Shown: positions 1 to 10,012, counted from the stretch's first letter. The stretch: 64,000 nucleotides of DNA from Candidatus Heimdallarchaeota archaeon (GCA_020353515.1 CP070695.1:3193532-3257531), one strand, 5' to 3'. Program-made: numbers and translations. The notes: generated from the letters alone by a model not told the origin.

Positions 1-2
1 AT

Positions 3-1631
3 CACCCTATAGATTATGATCAATCCCTGATTCAATGGTATAGCAAATTAGAAACTAGCGAATGGGAGGAAGTCTTTACTCGTCAAAATTCAACCTTCAT
101 TCCTTCTTCTGAAACGTCACCAGGGGAGTACTGGAAATGCAAGATCACCCCTTATGATGGTACCGAATTAGGAAAAAGTGTGCCTCTGAATGTGATTTAT
201 ATCGAAAGCCGTCCGTGTATTCTAAATTACAGCGTTTCACCTATAATCCTCGATGATAAAGGAATGTACTTCGATGAAGGAAAATATAAATTTCAAGTAG
301 TTACTTCCAGTCTTAATCCAATTGCTACCATAGAGTTCATAATAAATGACTCTTCTGAGGGAATTTATTATGCTCAAAAAAGTCAGGATAATAATTCAAT
401 ATGGATTTTAGATTATAATATACCCCCAAGCGAGTTTTGTGACAATTATATGGGGAAAATTTTCACAACCAAAGTTAGAGCTTGTAGTTTTGTAGATTAT
501 CAAGACCAAGAGTTTATGATATATGCTAATTATACTTTTTTATTTGGGGTAGAAGACAAATGTCCCCCTCGTGTTGTAGGTAAACCTAGTGTTACCTTTG
601 ATTCTCTTGACCCTTCAAATATTACTTTTTTCTCATATGTAATCGATTATGGTTCTGAGATTGAAGAAGTATTTCTTTACTACTATTTTAGAGAAATTGA
701 TGAAACAACACTAGCAGGAATTGGGGCTAGTTTACCGCAAAAGGATATTCCATGGCAAGTTATACAGATGTCCCTCCTCTCAGTCAATGAGACTAATGTT
801 ATTCATAGTTATTCAGTTACTGTTCCATTTGAACATAATGATACATCTAGAGCAATAATTTATTATATTAAAACCACTGATAGTAGTGGAAATACAGGAA
901 TTCCTTATAATATCTTAAATGATCCAGAGAGGATTCGAGAATTTCATTTTGAGAAAGATGCTTTTCTATTTGATCCATTACTAGTGATTATACTCATTGT
1001 TTTCACAATCATCTTAACCCTTTTAGGTTCCATTTTATACCTTAGGATCTTTAGAAAACCTGAACTGATTGGATTTGATGAAGAAATAGTTCTTAATAAC
1101 ATCTCTGAAGTTAGTGAATCGGAGATAATGGAAATTCTTGATATTCATACTGTTGGGGTAGTCATAGCATTTTTTGATCAGCAGCATGGTCCAATTCCAA
1201 TTATTATAACCCCAGAAATATTAAAGGATAATTTTCCCAAGTTAATTGAACTGTCTGATAGATCTTTTGGGACTATAGGGTTTATTCAAGACTTTGAGAG
1301 AAAAATAACATCAAATTTTGACTTTTTGTTATCAAAAGAACTCCTTATCACATCGTTATCGTTTGGTTTTGCCTTACAACGACCTGATGCGAGAGGAGGC
1401 CAAGAGAACCTGATCATGAATATTCTGATATATCCAGATGTATTCCCGTTTATTAATCAATTTCTTGATGAAATTCGTGAGAAAGTAGATATTGTTCATA
1501 AGTTAATGGATAAAGACAGCTCAAAGAAAGAGTTGATCCTGTCAAAGATTATTGACATCAGAAAATATATTTCCCAAATTATTTTAGCGTATGAGAAAAC
1601 TTATGGCACCACGGATCTTCTCACCACATAA
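3..1631 (+). CDS. 5'-truncated single-pass membrane protein: extracellular Ig-like region, TM helix, cytoplasmic uDENN/longin-like domain
   Basis: The frame of ORF 180..1631 is open back to the window edge (HPIDYDQSLIQWY...WKCKITPYDGTELG), so the real start lies upstream. TM helix LLVIILIVFTIILTLLGSILYL. Cytoplasmic motifs VIAFFDQQHGPIP and FALQRPDARGG. Confidence 0.75.
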   Translation, partial: HPIDYDQSLIQWYSKLETSEWEEVFTRQNSTFIPSSETSPGEYWKCKITPYDGTELGKSVPLNVIYIESRPCILNYSVSPIILDDKGMYFDEGKYKFQVVTSSLNPIATIEFIINDSSEGIYYAQKSQDNNSIWILDYNIPPSEFCDNYMGKIFTTKVRACSFVDYQDQEFMIYANYTFLFGVEDKCPPRVVGKPSVTFDSLDPSNITFFSYVIDYGSEIEEVFLYYYFREIDETTLAGIGASLPQKDIPWQVIQMSLLSVNETNVIHSYSVTVPFEHNDTSRAIIYYIKTTDSSGNTGIPYNILNDPERIREFHFEKDAFLFDPLLVIILIVFTIILTLLGSILYLRIFRKPELIGFDEEIVLNNISEVSESEIMEILDIHTVGVVIAFFDQQHGPIPIIITPEILKDNFPKLIELSDRSFGTIGFIQDFERKITSNFDFLLSKELLITSLSFGFALQRPDARGGQENLIMNILIYPDVFPFINQFLDEIREKVDIVHKLMDKDSSKKELILSKIIDIRKYISQIILAYEKTYGTTDLLTT

Positions 1632-1652
1632 ACTACCTCTGTTAGATCGTGG

Positions 1653-1674
1653 TCTTCTCCGAAAGCGTTTTATT
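1653..1674 (+). repeat. Copy 1 of a duplicated promoter-like segment (copy 2 at 2721-2742)
   Basis: TCTTCTCCGAAAGCGTTTTATT vs TCTTCTCCGAAAGTGTTTTATT (21/22). Weaker similarity extends over ~50 bp. Confidence 0.8.
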
Positions 1675-1778
1675 TTACTAAATTCAAATGAATGTTGCTT
1701 TAAATGTTGTTAATATCATATCTTCTGTATTGTATAATTTTTTAAACAATTATTCACTATTGAAACTGAGGATAGGGA

Positions 1779-2474
1779 TTGTTCTTTAACCAGATTAAAC
1801 ACCAAGGTTGTATCTTCTTCTTACTTTGCGTACTTATTATTTCATCTGGGGGCTGTTTACAAGCCTTCGCGAGAGCTATCCAAGAGGAGTGGCAGATCCA
1901 GGTGGGGGATTCCCAAACCTATATCTATGATGATTTTTATGAGGTTTCTTCCGATAATTCCTCTGAATACATTTATTGGATTATAGATGAAAACAATAAC
2001 AATGTTACCATAATTCTCAAAAAAGGATTAACTCTTCGTTATGATATTACATTCCTCGATCCAGATGAAGCAAGAGGAACAATAACATATAATGGAACCA
2101 TTACTAGTTTAGAACAATCTCTCTCATCTCGTACCTATTCGGGGTGGACTGGAATCGTTAGACCTTCAATTAACAATAAAAGTTATTGGGAGGAATATTG
2201 TAGATTCCGGGGTCTGGAAAACGTTACGGGTGATTTCATCGTTATGGAGATTAATACAGATATTATAAATCAAATTTCCATATGGAACTGGAAAACAGGG
2301 TGGCTCAACTACTATTATGAGATGTATTGGAATGACACAACAATTATCTCGTTGAGGGAAATCTCTCTTGTCCCTCAGGAAAATGAACCGCCTCCTCCAT
2401 TAAATGTTATTGTTGGGGGTTTCATCTTAGTATTCATCATTCTTATTCTTGTAGGAATTAAGAAATTTAAATAG
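1779..2474 (+). CDS. Secreted, C-terminally membrane-anchored hypothetical protein
   Basis: N-terminal signal-like segment, N-x-S/T sequons, PPPP linker, TM helix and KKFK tail. Confidence 0.75.
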   Translation: MFFNQIKHQGCIFFLLCVLIISSGGCLQAFARAIQEEWQIQVGDSQTYIYDDFYEVSSDNSSEYIYWIIDENNNNVTIILKKGLTLRYDITFLDPDEARGTITYNGTITSLEQSLSSRTYSGWTGIVRPSINNKSYWEEYCRFRGLENVTGDFIVMEINTDIINQISIWNWKTGWLNYYYEMYWNDTTIISLREISLVPQENEPPPPLNVIVGGFILVFIILILVGIKKFK

Positions 2475-2720
2475 ATTCCTTTCAATTTTTCAATGGAGGT
2501 AGCTGTTTATTGATTGTAATTCAATTAGTTTTGCCTCAGTAATCTAGATCAACTCAACTTCATTCAAAATATCTTCTTATTCCCATAATCCCAATTAATC
2601 CCATTGATACTTTAGTTTCCCTAATCTGTTTGTCTTTACCTTTCTTTAGAGAAGAAAGATTGCCAATCTAAATGGAATTCTCATATAACCCAATTGAGAT
2701 CTTATTGTTGAGATTACGGA

Positions 2721-2742
2721 TCTTCTCCGAAAGTGTTTTATT
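2721..2742 (+). promoter_or_regulatory. BRE/TATA-like promoter of the flavodoxin gene (copy 2 of the duplicated segment)
   Basis: GAAAG followed by TTTTATT, about 40 bp upstream of TTG 2780. Confidence 0.5.
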
Positions 2743-2779
2743 CCACTTTTCGAATGAAATACTACTGGAGGAAATAAAT

Positions 2780-3499
2780 TTGTCAAAAGTTATGATTGTA
2801 AATGGGAGTGCAAGAGCCAAAAAGGGTCATACAGCTTTTGTACTGGCTCCTTTTATCGAAGGTATGAAAAAAGCTGGAGCTAAAGTGGAGCTCCTTTATT
2901 CTAAAAAGTTAAAAATTCGTCCTTGTGTCGGTGACTTTAAATGTTGGGGGGAAACAATTGGGGAATGTTTTCTTGAGGATGATATGCAGAAAATTTATCC
3001 TAAGTTACGAGAAACTGATATTTTAGTCCTGGCAATACCTGTTTATATTCCTCTTCCAGGAATGATGCAAAATTTCATTAACAGGCTGTGTCCGTTAGTA
3101 GAACCATTGTTAGAGTATAAAGCTGGACGAACCAGAGCGAAGTTTCATGATAATGTAAACATCTCCAAAATCCTAGGAGTAATAACTGGAGGATGGTGGG
3201 AGATTGAAAATTTGAGTGTTGTATTAAAAATTGTAGAAGAGCTTGCTTTGAATGCTTCCACAGAATTCTCTGGAGCACTCCTTCGTCCTCATGCGTATGC
3301 TTTAAGAGAAGAAACAGAGTTAAATAAGGAGATTTTATCCACTTTAGAAATTATTGGTGAAAAATTTATCAGAGAAGGAAAGATAGATCAGGAAGATTTG
3401 ACATTCATTAGTCAACCACTTGTGGATCAAGATGATTACATTACTGTGTGGAATAAGAATTATCTCGAAGAGAAAAGAAAACAGAAGATCGATTGGTGA
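2780..3499 (+). CDS. Flavodoxin-fold NAD(P)H-dependent FMN reductase / iron-sulfur flavoprotein family
   Basis: VNGSARAKKGHT, RPCVGDFKCW, CFLEDDM, LAIPVY. Start moved from 2672 to in-frame TTG 2780, which follows GGAGG. Confidence 0.85.
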   Translation: MSKVMIVNGSARAKKGHTAFVLAPFIEGMKKAGAKVELLYSKKLKIRPCVGDFKCWGETIGECFLEDDMQKIYPKLRETDILVLAIPVYIPLPGMMQNFINRLCPLVEPLLEYKAGRTRAKFHDNVNISKILGVITGGWWEIENLSVVLKIVEELALNASTEFSGALLRPHAYALREETELNKEILSTLEIIGEKFIREGKIDQEDLTFISQPLVDQDDYITVWNKNYLEEKRKQKIDW

Positions 3500-4096
3500 A
3501 TGTCCATGGATGAAGAACTTGTGTTTAGAATACTCTTCATCTCCATTTATGCCGTCTTTGCTGGAGTAAGAATCTATTACAGGAGTCAGAATATTGGTAG
3601 AACGAGTGAAAAAGAGTATACTCAAAAGACTAAGGCTATTACTGTCCTAATAGTCGCCATTCTTGGATACTTTCTGACTGTGGGGTTATGGATTGTTTTT
3701 CCTCCGATTGTCCTTATCTTTCAGATTCCTTTACCCTCTGTCATTCGTTGGTTCGGAGGAGGAATAGCTTTAATCGCCACAGCTCTTACTGTGTGGATTC
3801 ATCGTATATTGGGAAAACAGTATTCTGCGAAGTTGGAGATCCAAAAGGGCCATGAGCTAATAACCGTGGGACCTTATAGCAAAATCCGACATCCAATGTA
3901 TTCTTCCCTCAATCTGTTTTCCCTATCTGTCTCATTAATTTCAGCGAACCTATTACTCATATTATTTGCGATTTCTGTTGCCATTCCTTTCCATTGGATA
4001 ACTAGGGCTGAAGAGGAGCTTCTGATAGAGCAGTTTGGTGAAGAATACTTGGAGTATATGCAAACCACTGGACGATTTTTTCCTCGTCTCTGGTGA
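3500..4096 (+). CDS. Isoprenylcysteine carboxyl methyltransferase (ICMT/PEMT) family membrane protein
   Basis: HELITVGPYSKIRHPMY and EEELLIEQFGEEYLEYM motifs. Confidence 0.9.
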   Translation: MSMDEELVFRILFISIYAVFAGVRIYYRSQNIGRTSEKEYTQKTKAITVLIVAILGYFLTVGLWIVFPPIVLIFQIPLPSVIRWFGGGIALIATALTVWIHRILGKQYSAKLEIQKGHELITVGPYSKIRHPMYSSLNLFSLSVSLISANLLLILFAISVAIPFHWITRAEEELLIEQFGEEYLEYMQTTGRFFPRLW

Positions 4097-4152
4097 GAGC
4101 TAGCTGATAGGGAATTGATATCAAACTGTAATTATTTGATAAGTGAGGATAT

Positions 4153-6126
4153 GTGAGAAGGAACAGAACCAGTTTCTCAAAAATTATGTTGCTAATAGCT
4201 ATTTTCTTGCTTCATCTGAGTATCAATTTCTTTCCAGTCCCAATTAGTTTCTCAGACTCGTCAGTTTTAGCAGACAGATCAATTTTACAGAATTACACAG
4301 CACATGATCCCATTCAAATCACTTCCGACGCTCAACTAGCTGCTGTGGCGACTCGTGGCACAGGAACGGCTAGTGATCCCTATATTATTGCTAATTGGAA
4401 TATTACTGGGTCTCCAACTTTTGGTATTTCCATAATGTGGACAACGAAGTCTTTTAGAATTGAAGATTGTTGGATTGTTGATTCTACTTATTCTGGCATT
4501 CATGTGTTTGATATTGCCTCAGGTACAGCGACTATTAGCAAGAACATTTGTCATAACAATGGTGATCATGGTATCTCCCTTGAAAATGCTAATTCATCTA
4601 TTGTGATCAACAATATCTGCACTAGTAATCATAATGGTATTTTCCTAGAGGATTCTCCTTCTTCAATTGTCGTCAACAACACCTGTAACAGAAATTATAA
4701 TGGTATTTTCTTGGAGTGGTCTACTTCTTCAACTGTCGCCAATAATACCTGCGATAGCAACGAAAGGAGTGGCATCTGGCTTATTATTTCTGATTTTTCG
4801 GTCATAGCTAACAACATTTGCACAAATAATTCAATATTTGAGTATGCTGCTTGTGGGATCTATCTTTCTTCTTCTGGTTCTTCGACTGTTGCCAACAATA
4901 CCTGCAACAATAATCGTTATGGCATTTTCCTTGATAATGCTTATTCTTCGACTACAGTTAACAACATCTGCACCCACAATAGGATTAATGGTATCTATAT
5001 TAGTTTTTCTGATTCTTCAAGCGTAACCAACAACACCTGCAGCAACAATGATTATGGGATCTCCGTTGTCTCTTCTGATTCTTCAACCATTACCAACAAC
5101 ACCTGTACCAACAATGGGGATGGTATCTCTATAGGTTATACTTATTCTTCGACTGTCACCAACAATACCTGTATTAACAATGATTGGATTGGTATCTACC
5201 TTGAGTATTCATATTCTTCGACTGTAACCAACAACACCTGCAGCAGCAATGGTTGTGGGATCTACCTTGACACTTGTGGTTCTTCAACTGTAGCTAACAA
5301 CATTTTCGTCAATGATGGGATGTATTTAGTCGCATCTTCTAAAAGGGATTTACTCTCGTGTACAGTGGATAATAACACGGTTAATAACCTCCCTCTGGGC
5401 TATTTCGAGAATCTGACTTATAGTACGATCATTGGGGCTTATGGACAGCTTATCTTAATAAATTGTAACAAGATAATAGTGAAAAACCAAGACTTCTCTG
5501 ATACCTCTATAGGAATCGCTCTGTATTATTGTAACGAGAACCAGTTAATCAACAACACCTGCAACAGTAATAGTTTATCTGGTATCATCCTTTCTTCTTC
5601 TACTTCGTTAACTGTGGATACCAACACTTGCAACAACAATGATGAAAATGGTATCCGTCTTGACGGCTGCAGTTCTTCGGTTTTAACACACAATACTTGT
5701 AATAGCAATACTGATTGCGGGATCTACCTTGGTAATTCAGAAAATAGCTCTATTGTTTGGAATACATTACGTAGGAATGGTGGTTACGGGATCAAATTAT
5801 CTTTTAGTAATAATAATTCTATTCACCACAATACGTTTATAGAAAATGGGGAGAATAATCCACAAGCATATGATGGTGGCGCGAACAATCTATGGTATGA
5901 CGAGACAGCCTTGGAAGGGAATTACTGGTCCGATTATAATGGAGTTGGGAGTTATTTAATTGCTGGGCCTGCTGGAGCTTCCGATCCTTATCCCTTTTAC
6001 GATCCAGATTTCACGAAAGAAATAGATTTGAGTAGGTTTCTTTCCCTTTTAGTACGAGTTGGCTTATTCTTGGGTATTCTTGGGGTATTAGCAGTGTCTA
6101 TTTTCCTTAGTAGACGCCAAAACTGA
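4153..6126 (+). CDS. Surface protein with parallel beta-helix (NosD/CASH) repeats and C-terminal TM anchor
   Basis: ~22-aa repeats GIxLxxSxSSTVxNNTCxxN, GNYWSDY motif, signal peptide, C-terminal TM. Confidence 0.9.
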   Translation: MRRNRTSFSKIMLLIAIFLLHLSINFFPVPISFSDSSVLADRSILQNYTAHDPIQITSDAQLAAVATRGTGTASDPYIIANWNITGSPTFGISIMWTTKSFRIEDCWIVDSTYSGIHVFDIASGTATISKNICHNNGDHGISLENANSSIVINNICTSNHNGIFLEDSPSSIVVNNTCNRNYNGIFLEWSTSSTVANNTCDSNERSGIWLIISDFSVIANNICTNNSIFEYAACGIYLSSSGSSTVANNTCNNNRYGIFLDNAYSSTTVNNICTHNRINGIYISFSDSSSVTNNTCSNNDYGISVVSSDSSTITNNTCTNNGDGISIGYTYSSTVTNNTCINNDWIGIYLEYSYSSTVTNNTCSSNGCGIYLDTCGSSTVANNIFVNDGMYLVASSKRDLLSCTVDNNTVNNLPLGYFENLTYSTIIGAYGQLILINCNKIIVKNQDFSDTSIGIALYYCNENQLINNTCNSNSLSGIILSSSTSLTVDTNTCNNNDENGIRLDGCSSSVLTHNTCNSNTDCGIYLGNSENSSIVWNTLRRNGGYGIKLSFSNNNSIHHNTFIENGENNPQAYDGGANNLWYDETALEGNYWSDYNGVGSYLIAGPAGASDPYPFYDPDFTKEIDLSRFLSLLVRVGLFLGILGVLAVSIFLSRRQN

Positions 6127-6184
6127 GTCCTAATGTTAATGGAAAACCTTAAGAATATTATCAGGTTAACATTCATGATTTCAT

Positions 6185-6859
6185 ATGAGGAGAAGGAAAA
6201 TATATGTTGGAACTATGTTAGTACTTCTCATTCCTTTTATTTCTCGTACATTAATCGTTCGAAGCTCCCATTTAAATGGAGATGACTCAAGAAATTCAGA
6301 AACAGGCTCTTTTTTTCTTAATAACTCTGAAGTTACCCTTATTGATGAAATATGGTGGTACAATATCGGTACACACTGGAATTTAACAGTTCATATTCAT
6401 CCTAACTCTACTTCCGCTGTAAAAATAACTGCATTTCTGGATGACGGGATTTCCTTGAGGCAGCAGAAGGAGCCACTTTCAGGGAATTTTACTTTTCAGG
6501 TCTCTCCTAATGAAACTTGCTCTGAAATTTATGTGTCTCATACTGCTTGTGATGAGATTCACTTTTTCTACTTCAATGGTTCTCTTACAAATGTTTCAGG
6601 TATTGCAAGTGGAACCTTTCATTTTCAGGAAACTCACCCTGGTTATAATCCTTATGTTGATACTGATTGTGTTCATGCAGAAAACATTACTTTATGGTTA
6701 GAGACTCGTCGTACGGATTATTACATAACAAGCGAGAGTAGTACCACTATCCAGCTTCACACATCATCATTCTCGTTATTTACGATAATCTTTACCCTAT
6801 TTGTGATAGTTTTTATTAAGTATAGAAGGAGAATCAACAGAGGAAAGGACAGTGAATGA
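6185..6859 (+). CDS. Secreted protein with C-terminal sorting/anchor segment
   Basis: Signal peptide. S/T-rich linker followed by TSSFSLFTIIFTLFVIVFIKYRRR. Confidence 0.75.
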   Translation: MRRRKIYVGTMLVLLIPFISRTLIVRSSHLNGDDSRNSETGSFFLNNSEVTLIDEIWWYNIGTHWNLTVHIHPNSTSAVKITAFLDDGISLRQQKEPLSGNFTFQVSPNETCSEIYVSHTACDEIHFFYFNGSLTNVSGIASGTFHFQETHPGYNPYVDTDCVHAENITLWLETRRTDYYITSESSTTIQLHTSSFSLFTIIFTLFVIVFIKYRRRINRGKDSE

Positions 6860-6965
6860 TTCTTCACTAATATCTTTGATTGCTCAATCTATAGAACATT
6901 TAATATAATGCAGCCAACCTGATGAATTATAGTTAGAATGAAACATCTTAAGTGGGTGGAATTTT

Positions 6966-7439
6966 TTGCAACAGCCTAATAGAATTACTCTAATTGCACT
7001 GGGTTTTTCTTCACTTCTCCTATTCTCTGGCCTAGCCTCTCTCGGTTTCACATATATGTTTTACCCCACCCTTGTGCCTAGTTATGGCCGAACTGAACGT
7101 TTTAATTTAGCTGAGTATAACAATTATCATACTGAATTTTCTTATTATGCTAATTCGCAGCTTCATATAACGATTGAAGCGAATAGCACAATGAGTATCT
7201 TTATCGATGAAAACTATGTTCATAACGGTTCTTTCTATGAACTAACAGTAGAACCCAAAGAATATATCCTAATCACGCTAAACTCAACTTCCGCAGTGTC
7301 TGGAAGGTTCTTAGCATGGCAAGAGCCACCATGGTCGATGCAAGTGGGTTCACTTCTTCTCCTTTTCACAGGTTTTATAACAACAGTTCTATCATTAGTA
7401 TTTTGGTACCGGTTACAGAAGAAGTATTTAGTAAGTTAA
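6966..7439 (+). CDS. Two-TM hypothetical membrane protein with a beta-rich loop
   Basis: Hydrophobic segments at both ends. Confidence 0.7.
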   Translation: MQQPNRITLIALGFSSLLLFSGLASLGFTYMFYPTLVPSYGRTERFNLAEYNNYHTEFSYYANSQLHITIEANSTMSIFIDENYVHNGSFYELTVEPKEYILITLNSTSAVSGRFLAWQEPPWSMQVGSLLLLFTGFITTVLSLVFWYRLQKKYLVS

Positions 7440-7558
7440 TTCATCTAGGATCTTTTATTGAAATTTCCGACTGGTTTTGCCAATATCAAAAAGGATAAAA
7501 AAGGAATTCTTAACCTATGGATAAAATGGTACAAGATTTCTGTGGAGATTGATGACCG

Positions 7559-7942
7559 ATGAAGGATGTTGAACACAATCTGGAAGTTGACCTCATAAAA
7601 AAGGCTATTATGGATTACTATCATGAAGGGCATGTCAAAGCAGACCCCCAATTGTATGAACAGGTATTACATGATGAATGGAAATTTTTCATGTTCGATG
7701 ATCAAAATAAATTGAAAGTTGTTGATAAGCAGGAATATTACTCCTGGTATGATCCCCAAAATGTCGATCCTGACTTACAATGGAAAACAGAGGTTTTTTA
7801 CGTTGATGTTTATAAAAATAATGCTCAAGCAAAAATAATTATTGAAAATCAGAACGTTAAGTATCTTGACTACTTCAATCTTATGAAAATCGATGGTACT
7901 TGGTGGATTGTTCATAAAATTTCCCAACCCATGGAAAAATAA
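7559..7942 (+). CDS. NTF2-like (lumazine-binding-2 family) protein
   Basis: IMDYYHEG...YLDYFNLMKIDGTWWIVHKI. Confidence 0.8.
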   Translation: MKDVEHNLEVDLIKKAIMDYYHEGHVKADPQLYEQVLHDEWKFFMFDDQNKLKVVDKQEYYSWYDPQNVDPDLQWKTEVFYVDVYKNNAQAKIIIENQNVKYLDYFNLMKIDGTWWIVHKISQPMEK

Positions 7943-7966
7943 GAGGTCTAATTAATTTAGGTTGAG

Positions 7967-8341
7967 TTATTCATTCCCTACGGGTTTCACTGTATCTTTT
8001 TCGACCATTAGTATGACAGTTTTTTTGGGAGCTCGGGTGCGATGTGTTATCCCTTTCGGTACAGTATATCCTTGTTTTGGCTTTAGTTCGATCATTTCCC
8101 CTTCTAAATCAATGAGTAACCTCCCTTCAATAACATAGAAAAACTCATCTTCCAAGGTATGTTTATGCCAATGGAACTCCCCCTGAATGATTCCTACTCT
8201 AACCACACTGTCATTGACATGACATAAGGTCTGATTAAACCATTGATCCGTACAGGATTCGATTAATTCTGGAATATTAATAACTTTCAAATACCCATAT
8301 TTTTCTTCCATCTGGAATTTATAATCTGGAGGATTGCTCAC
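7967..8341 (-). CDS. Cupin domain protein
   Basis: GEFHWHKHTLEDEFFYVIEG...VPKGITHRTRA. Confidence 0.9.
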   Translation of the reverse strand: MSNPPDYKFQMEEKYGYLKVINIPELIESCTDQWFNQTLCHVNDSVVRVGIIQGEFHWHKHTLEDEFFYVIEGRLLIDLEGEMIELKPKQGYTVPKGITHRTRAPKKTVILMVEKDTVKPVGNE

Positions 8342-8396
8342 TATTTCACCCTGTTTTATTCTCGTTGTGATTGAGAATTCGGATTACCATGTCACT

Positions 8397-8753
8397 TCAG
8401 GCTTCGATTGCTGCTAACGTTTGCCTAAAATCTGTAGATTTCGATCGTTGATCCACATTTTCTACTCGATAAACAATTCCTGTTCTTCGTTGAATTACAT
8501 TTGCTGCATGAGCACCTACGAATTTTGAGCGAGCTGGTGCTGCCAATCCAACCCACAAAAAGATCTTACGCAATGCTTGGTTAATTAAAATATATACTTC
8601 CTCCTCCTTCAATGGGAGGGAAGGAATTGGAAGCGACTGCAACTCATCAGGATTTGTCTTGACCCAAAAAAAGTGGATATCATGCTTTTTAATCATCTTC
8701 TGTTGAGTATAGGGGGTTGCTACCGGTTTAATGATAGGAATTGCTGAGAACAT
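8397..8753 (-). CDS. Single-domain gelsolin-like protein
   Basis: LKEEEVYILIN...KIFLWVGLAAPARSKFVGAHAANVIQ resembles the gelsolin-repeat core. Confidence 0.7.
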   Translation of the reverse strand: MFSAIPIIKPVATPYTQQKMIKKHDIHFFWVKTNPDELQSLPIPSLPLKEEEVYILINQALRKIFLWVGLAAPARSKFVGAHAANVIQRRTGIVYRVENVDQRSKSTDFRQTLAAIEA

Positions 8754-9484
8754 CTTGTGATCCTCTGTGTTATGTTTAATCTCAGCTATGATCTCCTTCC
8801 TAGATATATATACTATCAGAAGATGTCCAAAATATCGTGATGAATAAATTTAACCTTTAATTGGAACGAGCTTTCTTGAATAAATTTGTATTTTTTCTTT
8901 TATTAATCATATCTGGTACAAATCATCTTTAATTTCAACAAGTTTTTAGGGAAGATTGCATTTTCTTCCTACCCTCAAATAATTTTTGGGATAATAAAGG
9001 ATGAATTTATAGTTATGGCAATTTATTCAGAGTATGACTCTTTCATTTTCCCTTATTTTATTCTCAATGTCTGCAATAACTGTATATCAAAGTAAAGTCT
9101 TTCAAACAAAAAGAAACTTGATACTTACTCTCTTTTTTCTTAATTTATCAATTTACAAATTATGTTTACTTATTCTATTTTTCTTCATTTGATGAAAAAG
9201 GATTATTTTATCTGATTATCCTCCCCATTCTCTCAATGTTATTCTTAACTTTAGATATAATCTGTCTGATGTTATTTGTTGCATTGAATCTGAGATTTTA
9301 TTTATCTGGCTTCTCAGTTTATGAGTCGAAATCCAACTTGATTTTCCCGCATGGGTCTGAGAATACGTAAAATACATTAGATCAAGCTCTTCATTCTGGA
9401 AAAGCAGTTGGTAACCCTTGATTTCGTTTTCTCGGTAAAAATTTTTAGGAAATAAGGAAAAATCTATCTTCGACTTTAAGAAGA

Positions 9485-10012
9485 CTATATAGACCTACTA
9501 ACTTTAATTTTATGGTCATACATCACAAGAATCCCGCCAGCAGCAATCAGAGTAAGGGTAATCCCAATGATCAACAGTGTGAGGGAAGTTCGAGTGTCGT
9601 AAGCAAAGCGGGTTGTGAACCAGATCAAGTAACAACCCCCCGCTCCGAGTCCAATAAAGAGTGATGCAATCAAGGATTCTATGAGAAATTGCTCACTTAG
9701 TTCTGGGAAGATTATAATTATTCCTTCTGGTGTTTGTCCCATTGGTAGAGGTGTTTCAGCGAGATTGTAGATCCCTCCCCCCAATAAGAAGATAACAGCA
9801 CATAGAATTATTCCCAACAGATATTTATGGGGAGCCTCATATGGGAGCTCAATCGTTGGAATGGTAAAGTCGATTAATGGTTTTTTTAGGCCTTTTATCC
9901 ATGGAACTCGCGGAATCAAGTTTTTTTTTCTGTGCATTACTTCTTTATTTTCTAGAGTGCTGGTCTCGCTGAATTTAATACACCTCTTCGGTACTAAGGA
10001 CTTGTTACCCAT
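9485..10012 (-). CDS. Oligosaccharyltransferase subunit, OSTC/DC2 (OST3/OST6 family)-like
   Basis: 3 TM helices. GGGIYNLAETP and QFLIESLIASLFIGLG resemble DC2 GGIIYDVIVEP and QYIMEGLASS. The true start may be the internal Met (MHRKK). Confidence 0.75.
   Translation of the reverse strand: MGNKSLVPKRCIKFSETSTLENKEVMHRKKNLIPRVPWIKGLKKPLIDFTIPTIELPYEAPHKYLLGIILCAVIFLLGGGIYNLAETPLPMGQTPEGIIIIFPELSEQFLIESLIASLFIGLGAGGCYLIWFTTRFAYDTRTSLTLLIIGITLTLIAAGGILVMYDHKIKVSRSI

Noticed and set aside
4540-5300. CRISPR-like periodic repeats (~66 bp, AACAACACCTG)
   Set aside because: They are in-frame beta-helix coding repeats with degenerate codons and no unique spacers or cas genes.
9001-9480. Short hydrophobic plus-strand ORF and a start-less ~90-codon minus-strand frame
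   Set aside because: No recognisable family or translation signals. Possibly decayed remnants, but unsupported.
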